Of a stretch of 64,000 nucleotides of DNA, positions 8,650 through 16,800 are shown piece after piece. A model generated the notes under the pieces. That model did not search any database. It worked only from the letters and a program-made list of their open reading frames with translations, and was not told the DNA's origin. Numbering within the stretch: position 1 is the stretch's first letter; each line of letters begins with the position of its first letter. The position numbers were made by a program, and so were the translations under genes. The stretch is from NCBI GenBank assembly GCA_964436825.1, contig CAYTEO010000003.1:64679-128678 (forward strand), given 5' to 3'. The stretch is from an uncultured Fibrobacteraceae bacterium (GTDB lineage Bacteria; Krumholzibacteriota; Krumholzibacteriia; LZORAL124-64-63).

Positions 8650-11600
8650 TCACTTGACGAGGGTCAACTTCATGGTCCTGGCGTCGCCGCCGGAGACGGC
8701 GCGCAGGAAGTAGACGCCGCTCCCGAGACGGCGTCCCGCGTCGTCGCGCCCGTACCAGGTCCAGCTGTGCCAGCCCGGCGTCGTCACACCGGCCTGGAGG
8801 CGCCGGACGCGTCGGCCGAGGACGTCGAAGATCCCGACCTCCAGCGGCACCGCAGTCCCCTCGCCGGGGACGTACAGCTCGATGCGGGTGACCGGGTTGA
8901 ACGGGTTCGGCACGGCCGGCCGGAGCGTCAGGGCGGCGGGTGGACGCGGTGTCTCGACCGCCGTCGTGCTGGGATGCCGGAAGACTCCGTCACGCGTGTT
9001 GCTGCCCCGGAACGTCGGCCAGGGGAGCTTCGTCCCGTCGACCGGGTACGGCATGTCCCAGACGTGGACCAGGAAGTCCCAGCCGGCATAGACGATGTCG
9101 ACGTCCCTGTCCCCGTCGAGGTCGCAGATGACCGGTGCGGGACGAATGGGACCGCCCAGGGTCATGGGGAAGCCCTCCACGTAGGTCCCGTCGGCGTTCC
9201 AGGCATAGAGGTTGTTGGGGGTCTCGACGTTGCTGCCGCCGATCCCGAAGATGATGTCCAGGCTGCCGTCGCCGTTGATGTCCCCCACGACGGGACTGGA
9301 CTCCGAGTTGCCGGGCACGTACTGGGGCCAGCCCGGCAGCGCCTGCCCGCTGGTCCCGCCCGCGATGTCGGTGTCGATGATGTAGACCAGTCCGGTGAAG
9401 GTGGTCGCGGCGGTGCCGTGGATCTCGACCGCCACGATCTCCAGTTCGCCGTCGTCGTCGAAGTCGCCGACGGCGGGGCTGGGACAGGTCACATCGCCGT
9501 TGATGCTCTGCGCCTCGAACGGGATGGGGAATCCGGGGTAGTGCGTCCCGTCCGGCTCCAGGACGTGGAGGGTGTCGTCCTCGGAGACGAAGACGATCTC
9601 CCAGGTCCCGTCGCCGTTCAGGTCGGCCACCGTCGGGCTGCACATGATGCTGCCGCCCCCGCCGGTGGCGTAGGGGAAGCCGGGAGGCTGGGTGGTGTCC
9701 GCCTTGAGGGCGTAGAGGTAGTTCTGCGCATTCCACCCGTAGCGGGTGCCGAAGATGATCTCCCGCGCCCCGTCGCCGTCCAGGTCGAACAGCGCGGGGG
9801 AGCTGCGGTTCCACTCGGCCCACGGCAGCACGTCGCGGACGTAGAAGGGACCGTTGGTCGACGGGTCACCGTCGCCGTCGAGCAGCTCGGTGCCGTCCAC
9901 GTGCCAGACCAGGGTCTGCCCGCCCAGGTTGTTGGCCACGATCTCGGGTTCACCGTCCCCGTCGACGTCGCCGATCGCCGGCGTCGCCCAGATCCAGTGG
10001 TTGCCCGTGGACTGGGGCCAGCCCGGCAGCTCGGTCCCGTCCCAGCGCAGCACGTGCATCAGCCTGGCGTCGCGATCGGCGCAGACGATCTCGTCGCCGG
10101 GAACGCCGTCCAGGTCCGCCAGGGCGATCCCCATGGGCGTGAACGTCCCGTCCAGGTCGGTGATCGGACCGGCGGTCTGGGAGTCGTGGTCGCCGTCGAA
10201 CAGCTCGTTGCCGCCGGCGTCGAAGACGTAGATCTCGTCGGCGGCGATGACGATGTCCAGGACGTGGTCGCCGTTGACGTCGCCGACGGCGCAGTGGCTG
10301 CTCGTCTCCACGGGCAGCGGCAGCGGGAAGTCGCCGGCCTCGGGCGGTGCCGTGCTCTCGGAGATCGGCTGCGACCAGAGTCCCTCGACCAGGGAGCTGT
10401 CGACGGCGGCGATGCGGTAGTAGTAGCGGCTCAGGGTCGCCAGGCCGTCGTCGGCGAAGTAGGCGATCCCCTCCAGCAGGTCGGCGTTGGCCCGCTGGTA
10501 GGGACCACCCTCGCTGGTGCTGCGGTAGACGTTGTACCCCCGGACATCGCCCGCCACCGGCGTCCAGCTCAGGGCGATGATGGTCGGTCCGAGCGACGTG
10601 TTCGCCGTGGGCTCTTCGGGCTGGGCCGGCGGTCGGATCTCGAAGTCGTGGCGGAAGGTCCGCCCCTCGGCGTCGGTCACCACGAACCAGGCCGACCGGT
10701 CCAGCGCGGTGTCGGCCACGGCGAGCGAGGCCATGGCCATCCCCGACGATTCCTGCAGCGTCGCGAGATCGGGGTAGGTGATCACCGAGTCGTAGATCGT
10801 CACGTTGGGATTGTCGCTGCGCAGCCTGGCCACCAGGCCGCCGGCGGTGCCGGCGCCGTAGTTCTTCAGCCAGAGCTGGATGGCGACCCGCTCTCCCGCG
10901 TCCAGGCCACCGTCCCCGTCACCGAAGTACTGGTCGTACCACGAGAGCGCGAACGGCACGACCTCGGGGCCCACGACGGTCGCCGTCCAGGCGCTGGGCC
11001 ACTGGTCCGCGCCGTCGCTGGCGACCCAGCGGAGGGTGACGAGCGTCCCGTCGGGCACGTCGGCCGCCACCTGGACGAGAGCCGGATCCTGCGCCGTGGC
11101 GGTCCCCCCCGGCGAGACGTTGCCGACCACCAGGTTGGGGTCGGTCACCGTGATCCCGGCGGCGGTGCACGTCAGGAAGGCCGTCACGCCGACGGCGCCT
11201 CCTCCCCCCGTGTCCCGGAAGGTCGGCAGCAGGGCCACCGTCTCCCCGGCATCGATCCGTCCGTCGCCGTTCCCCTGGCTGCCCAGGGTCCCGTCGTCGA
11301 CGACGGTGACCGCGTCGACGGCGAGGGTCGTTCCCGGCGAGACGACGGTGATCTCCCCCTCGGCGGGCTCGAGATTGTCCCCGACGACCGTCACGGAGAG
11401 GGTGCCCGGCGCCGCCAGCACGACGGGGATGGTCACCTGGCCGGCCGCGTCGGTCGTCCCGGTGGCGTAGACGCTGCCGGTCATGGCCAGGGTCACCAGG
11501 GCATCGGGAACGGGGGAGCCGCCGGCGGTGACCGTGACGCTGACGTCCTGTTCCCCCGTGTCCAGGGTCCCCGGCGCGGTGACCGCCACCGCCCGGGGAA

Positions 11601-13524
11601 CGGTCGACCACAGGCGGAGGGCCGGATCGCCGAGGACGGTGTAGTTGAAGTAGGTCCAGCGCTCGAAGCTGCGGGCGTTGGCCTGGGCGAGCCACGGGAG
11701 CATCCCCGCCACGACGGTGTCTCCCAGGCGGAGGTTCTGCTCCTGGTAGAGCTGGCGGAAGAACTCGAACTGGAAGCTGTTGGCCGTCGTCGGGAAGGCC
11801 TCCCGGCTGGCCCCGATCGAGACGACCGACCCGCCCTGGTGATTCTGGATCATCCGCTCCATCAGGCACGAGTAGTCGAAGGCCGCCGACGCGCAGTTCA
11901 GGGCGTACATGACGAACGGGTGCGGGTTGACGAGGTTGTCGGCGTCGGCGACGGTGAAGTTGGCGTCGTTGACCTCCATGACGTAGAAGTACCCGTGGCC
12001 GATCTGGTCGACGATGTTGTAGTGGCCCGTGTCGATGCTGTCGATGACGGCCTGCCGCGTCTCGGGGACGGCCCCCGGGTAGAGCGGCACGCCCAGCGTG
12101 TCGGTGGCGGCCCAGGACTCGTACAGGCGGGCGGTCGTGACACCGGCGGGGACCAGCAGGCTGTCGTGGATGGACTCGGCGAAGTCGGCCCCGTCGAGGG
12201 TGGGCACACCCTCGTCGTCCTCGAACAGGACCTCCGCCGCGAACAGGAAGCGATTCGTCCAGTCGCTTCCCGCGGGTGCGCTCTCGTAGGCGATGACCTT
12301 GTCGACGAACGCCTGGGCATCGGCGACGTTGCTCACCGGCGCCCGGCCGCAGAAGACATCGCTGGCGAGATCGACATCGTCACCCGGCGTGTAGACGCTC
12401 AGGTAGGGCTCGCCGAAGAGGTCGTCCCCGTCCGCGTTCCAGTTCCCGTCCAGACAGGAGTAATAGAGATCCGTCGGGATGTCGGTGTGTCCCCCGGGGG
12501 GGTAGAAGGTGCTGTAGGCGTACCGGGCGGGGATGATGTCGGTGTCCCCCCCCAGCAGGAGATACTCGATCCCCCAGCGCTCGTAGGCCTCCCGGATGAA
12601 CATCCGGATGGTCTCCTGGAGATCGACACCCTGCCTGTAGTTCTCCCTGATCCACTCCACCGTCACGACGACGGCGGGCAGCCCGTGGGCGGTGTGATAG
12701 TCCGCCAGGGACTGGAAGACGGGGGCCAGCTCGTCGCTGGTGACGATCAGGTAGCTCACGGCGCTCCCGCTGAGGCTGGGCGTCTTGTCGGGGTCGAACC
12801 CGGTGTCGGCCTCCGGCACGATCTGCCCGTCGTCGCGGCGGTACCCGGGCAGGGCCTCGGGATTGGCCACGACGGAGCGCAGCAGCCGCTCGGTGCGCTC
12901 GCGCTCCCCGGGCACGAACCGGCGCCGGACGGCCATCCGGTCGACGGCGGGGACCCGGTCGCCGGTGATCGCCACCACGCGGTAGCGGGTCATGACCTCG
13001 AGAACGGGATGGTCGGCATCGACGTCCCCCACCACCCTGACGGGGAAGAGGGTCGCCCCGAGCAGACGATACCCACGGAAGGTGTGCACCCCGCCGAAAC
13101 GTCCCCAGCGCGCCGGGAAGACCCCTTCTTGCGCCTGTTCCGTTCCCTCCCAGGTGACGGGGACGCCGCGGGACGTCCGCTGGGCGAGCGCCAGCCCCAG
13201 CGGTGCCGGTGCCTTCAGTCGCACGACCTCGAGCGGGACGATCTCGATGTCGACGACCGGCAGTTCGGGATCGATCAGCAGCTCGAGATTGACCACGGGC
13301 AGGGCCGGCTTGCCGGTCTCGGCGAGCTGGTGGCCGCCCGCCAGGACGGGAACGACCCCGCCGCCGGGTGCGCGTTGCCAGGTGATCCCGTCGGCGGCGA
13401 AGGTGCCCTCGTGCAGGACGACGCCCGCGGCGGCAGCGCCGGAGATGGCAACGAGACCGGGCAGGACGAGCAGGGCGAGCAGGAGTCTGGAGCCGATACG
13501 GCGAGGATGGAATGACGAGTTCAT
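8650..13524 (-). CDS. Secreted C25 (gingipain-like) cysteine peptidase with Ig-like, FN3, FG-GAP/VCBS repeats and C-terminal FlgD-Ig/T9SS-like domain (paralog 1, 1624 aa)
   Basis: Signal peptide; propeptide; YLLLGGD, TDLYYSCLDG, GRAP; His in QIGHG and Cys in ALNCASAAFD; YTVLGDP; many D(L/V)(N/D)GDG repeats; tail LRPAVPNPFNP...GIFDVLGRRVR...W.GRDDAGRRLGSGVYFLR. Confidence 0.9.
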   Translation of the reverse strand: MNSSFHPRRIGSRLLLALLVLPGLVAISGAAAAGVVLHEGTFAADGITWQRAPGGGVVPVLAGGHQLAETGKPALPVVNLELLIDPELPVVDIEIVPLEVVRLKAPAPLGLALAQRTSRGVPVTWEGTEQAQEGVFPARWGRFGGVHTFRGYRLLGATLFPVRVVGDVDADHPVLEVMTRYRVVAITGDRVPAVDRMAVRRRFVPGERERTERLLRSVVANPEALPGYRRDDGQIVPEADTGFDPDKTPSLSGSAVSYLIVTSDELAPVFQSLADYHTAHGLPAVVVTVEWIRENYRQGVDLQETIRMFIREAYERWGIEYLLLGGDTDIIPARYAYSTFYPPGGHTDIPTDLYYSCLDGNWNADGDDLFGEPYLSVYTPGDDVDLASDVFCGRAPVSNVADAQAFVDKVIAYESAPAGSDWTNRFLFAAEVLFEDDEGVPTLDGADFAESIHDSLLVPAGVTTARLYESWAATDTLGVPLYPGAVPETRQAVIDSIDTGHYNIVDQIGHGYFYVMEVNDANFTVADADNLVNPHPFVMYALNCASAAFDYSCLMERMIQNHQGGSVVSIGASREAFPTTANSFQFEFFRQLYQEQNLRLGDTVVAGMLPWLAQANARSFERWTYFNYTVLGDPALRLWSTVPRAVAVTAPGTLDTGEQDVSVTVTAGGSPVPDALVTLAMTGSVYATGTTDAAGQVTIPVVLAAPGTLSVTVVGDNLEPAEGEITVVSPGTTLAVDAVTVVDDGTLGSQGNGDGRIDAGETVALLPTFRDTGGGGAVGVTAFLTCTAAGITVTDPNLVVGNVSPGGTATAQDPALVQVAADVPDGTLVTLRWVASDGADQWPSAWTATVVGPEVVPFALSWYDQYFGDGDGGLDAGERVAIQLWLKNYGAGTAGGLVARLRSDNPNVTIYDSVITYPDLATLQESSGMAMASLAVADTALDRSAWFVVTDAEGRTFRHDFEIRPPAQPEEPTANTSLGPTIIALSWTPVAGDVRGYNVYRSTSEGGPYQRANADLLEGIAYFADDGLATLSRYYYRIAAVDSSLVEGLWSQPISESTAPPEAGDFPLPLPVETSSHCAVGDVNGDHVLDIVIAADEIYVFDAGGNELFDGDHDSQTAGPITDLDGTFTPMGIALADLDGVPGDEIVCADRDARLMHVLRWDGTELPGWPQSTGNHWIWATPAIGDVDGDGEPEIVANNLGGQTLVWHVDGTELLDGDGDPSTNGPFYVRDVLPWAEWNRSSPALFDLDGDGAREIIFGTRYGWNAQNYLYALKADTTQPPGFPYATGGGGSIMCSPTVADLNGDGTWEIVFVSEDDTLHVLEPDGTHYPGFPIPFEAQSINGDVTCPSPAVGDFDDDGELEIVAVEIHGTAATTFTGLVYIIDTDIAGGTSGQALPGWPQYVPGNSESSPVVGDINGDGSLDIIFGIGGSNVETPNNLYAWNADGTYVEGFPMTLGGPIRPAPVICDLDGDRDVDIVYAGWDFLVHVWDMPYPVDGTKLPWPTFRGSNTRDGVFRHPSTTAVETPRPPAALTLRPAVPNPFNPVTRIELYVPGEGTAVPLEVGIFDVLGRRVRRLQAGVTTPGWHSWTWYGRDDAGRRLGSGVYFLRAVSGGDARTMKLTLVK

Positions 13525-13737
13525 CGGTTGCTTCCCCCCGTGGACCGGTTGGCCACCGGCCGTTGTCGAAGACGATGTTCGCTGGCGTCCGCGGGATCGT
13601 CCCGGGACGGCGACCGTACCTTCTTGCGCGCGATCGTCGGAGTATGCGCCATAGCCAAGTGTTGCGGTCGTCCTCCCGGCGAGATGGAAAGAAGGATCGA
13701 TGCACCGGCGACGGATGGCAGGCCACCGGGTTTGACC

Positions 13738-13766
13738 ATTATACGGGAACTCACACGGCCGGACAA
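13738..13766 (-). promoter_or_regulatory. sigma70-type promoter for C25 paralog 1 (long leader)
   Basis: Minus strand TTGTCC-N17-TATAAT, about 210 nt upstream of ATG 13524. Confidence 0.7.
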
Positions 13767-13804
13767 GGGGGTCTGCCCCTCTCCCGCCGCCGCGCGAGAA
13801 GCCG

Positions 13805-16800
13805 CTATCGGACCAGGACCATCCGCCCGGAGTCCTCTCCCACCGGCGTCACCAGCCGGTAGAGATAGACCCCGCTGGCCAGGGAACGGCCCCGGGCATC
13901 GTCCCCGCGCCAGCCGACCGTGTGGCGTCCGCCGGCAAGCTGTCCGTCGACGAGCGTACGTACCAGCCGGCCGCCGAGATCGTAGATGGAGAGCTGGACG
14001 CGTCCCCGGAAGGAGGCGGGCAGTGCGAACTCGATGGTCGTGGCCGGATTGAACGGGTTGGGGTGGTTGCCGAGCAGGACCGGTCGTCCAGGTGGCACCG
14101 TCCCGTCGCTGCCGGTGATGGTCGGATCCTGCAGGCTGCCCGTTCGCTGGGCCGTGCCCTGGAAGGTGGGCCACGGCAGCAGTTCGGCTCCCGCCATGCC
14201 GGGCAGGTCCCAGACGTGAACGGCCAGTCCCCAGCCGGCATAGGCCAGCTCGATGTCGCCGTCTCCGTCCAGGTCGGCCAGGGCAGGCGTCGAGCGTCCC
14301 GGTCCCGCCAGGGACAGGGGGAACCCCTTGACGACCTGTCCGTCGCCCTGGAAACCGTAGATCAGGTTGGGAACGGCGTCGTCACCGCCCCCCACGGGGA
14401 AGATGATGTCCACCATCCCGTCGCCGGTGACGTCCCCCACGATGGGCGATGCCTCGGAGTTGCCCTCCAGCGACTGTGGCCAGCCGGCCAGCTCGACGCC
14501 GGTGCGGTCGATGACGTGCAGCTCCGACTCCATCTCCGAGATGGTGGACACGGCGACGATGTCCAGGTCCCCGTCCCCGTCCACGTCGGCCAGCGCCGGC
14601 GAGGGGCAGGAGATCCCGTACTCCTTGTCGTTGGCCGTGAAGTGGATGGGGAAGGGCGGAACCTCCTTGCCCGCCGTGTCGACGACGTAGAGCAGGTCGT
14701 CCTCGGTGATGAAGACGATCTCCGGCTGCCCGTCCTGGTTCACGTCGCCGACCGCCGGCGAGCAGAGGACCTGGCCGCCGTAGCCCAGGTCGATGGGCCA
14801 GCCGGCCGGCTGGCTCCCGTCGGCGCGGAAGCCGTAGAGCCACTGGCTGGTCCAGGAGGTGATGCGCGTGGGGAAGACGATCTCCCGGATGCGATCACCG
14901 TCCAGGTCGACCAGGGCCGGCGAGGCGAAGCTGTACCACTCGCCCGGCGTGACGTGGAAGACGCCGCTGGTGGACGGGTCGTCGTCCCCGTCCAGCAGTT
15001 CCGTGCCGTCGGCGTGCCAGGCATAGGTGATCCCGTTGACGTTGGTGACGACGACCTCGGGGGAGCCGTCCCCGTCGACGTCACCGACGGTCGGCGCCGT
15101 CCAGCTCCAGTTGCTCATCTGGCGGGGCCAGCCCGGCGCGACCGTGCCATCGTGCTGGAAGACGTAGACGGACTTGTCGGTGCGACAGCAGGCGACGATC
15201 TCCAGGCCCGGATCGGCGGTCAGATCCCCCAGGGAGACGCCGGTGGGACTCCAGCTCTTCCCGCTGCCCGCCAGCGGGCCGACCGTCAGGGTGTCGTTGT
15301 CCCCGTCCCGCAGCTCCGTGCCGTCCCCGCGCCAGACGTAGATGGCGTCGGCGGCGGTGACGACCTCCGGGGCCCCGTCCCCGTCGATGTCGCCGACGGC
15401 GATATGGCTGGAGGTCTCCGCGCCCATGGCCTGCGGGAACCCGGCGATCTCCCCCGGCAGCGTGTCGACGAAGTAGGTGCTGGAGCGGCGTCCCAGCATC
15501 CCGGACGAGTCGACCGCGCAGATGCTGTAGAAGTAACGGGTCATGGGGGCCAGGCCGACGTCGTGGTAGAAGGCGCTGGTGATGGGCCGGAGCGTCAGCT
15601 GGTCCCAGGGACCGTTGGGCAGCAGCGACCGGTAGACGTAGTAGCCGCGCAGCTCGTCGTCCTGCAGGGGGACCCAGGTCACCATCGCCTCCCCCGGCGC
15701 GGGGGCGGAGAACTCGCCCAGGGTGACCTGGTCCGGGCGGATCAGGTGGAAGCGGTGGGTCCAGCTGTGCCCCACCTCGTCGGTGATCTCCAGGACGGCC
15801 TCGAATATCGGGTCGATGGCGGCGAAGGAGACCAGGAACTCTCCTTCCATCTCCGCCGTCCCGAGGGAGGGAACCGCCTGCCAGGAGGCGTCGCCGGCGA
15901 AGATCGTCACGCCCAGGGAGGACTGGAGCTTCCCGGTCAGGGGCGTCGTGGCCCCCCAGCCCTCGTTGCGGACGGAGAAACTGACCCGGATCGGCTCGTT
16001 CGCCTCCGGCACGCCGTCGCCGTCGCCGTAGGGGTAGTCGTTCCAGGTCATCTGGTCGGCGACGATGCGCGGCGCGGTGACCGGGACGACCAGGGACTGG
16101 TGGTAGGCGATCTCGCCGGAGTCGCCGTCGAGTTCCAGGTGGAGGTCGGTCCTGTCCGGCCAGCTGGAGGGCAGCGAGACCAGGATGCCGCTGGACAGCA
16201 GCGAGACGGAGTCCCCCTTGGCGAGGGCGGGGACCCAGGCGTACGTGGACAGGATCTGCACCCCGTCCGGGGAAGCGATGGTGACCGACAGCGGGGACGA
16301 CATGGCCGCGCCACCCACGTTGACCAGCGCCACGTCCAGGGCGACCGTCTCCCCCGAGTCGGCCCGTCCGTCGCCGTTGCCGACCGTGGAACCGGTTCCG
16401 TCGTCCCGGATGCCCAGCAGGACGGCCTGCAGGATGGGCGGCGCGCTGCTGACCGGCAGGGTCCGGACCACGGGGACCGCGTCGGGGGCGGTGACCGTCA
16501 CCGTCACCGGCGCATCGCTGAGCAGGGTGAGGGGCAGGACGGCCTGGCCGGTCGCGTCGGTCAGGCCGTAGGCATAGGCCCCGTCCGGCTGGGAGGCGCA
16601 GACGGTGGCACCGGTCACCGGCAGGCCGTCCTCTCCGGTGACCGCCACCGGGAGATCGACGGCGCCGGGAGCCAGGGTGTCGGGCAGCGAGACGACCAGC
16701 GGCGCGGGAGCACGACTCCAGACCTGCAGGCTGGGATCGCCGATCAGTTCCATCGTCAGGTGCGTCCAGCGCTCCACCGTGTTGCTGGCCGTGTTGGCCA

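Noticed and set aside
13525-13735. Riboswitch (c-di-GMP or other) in the long protease leader
   Set aside because: No recognisable conserved aptamer motifs by eye; an Infernal/Rfam scan would be needed.
9000-15450. Recurrent gtcgccgtc/ccgtcgccg-type DNA repeats suggesting a repeat array or CRISPR
   Set aside because: They are codons for the DxDGDG loops of FG-GAP repeats inside CDSs. There is no constant repeat-spacer periodicity and no cas genes.
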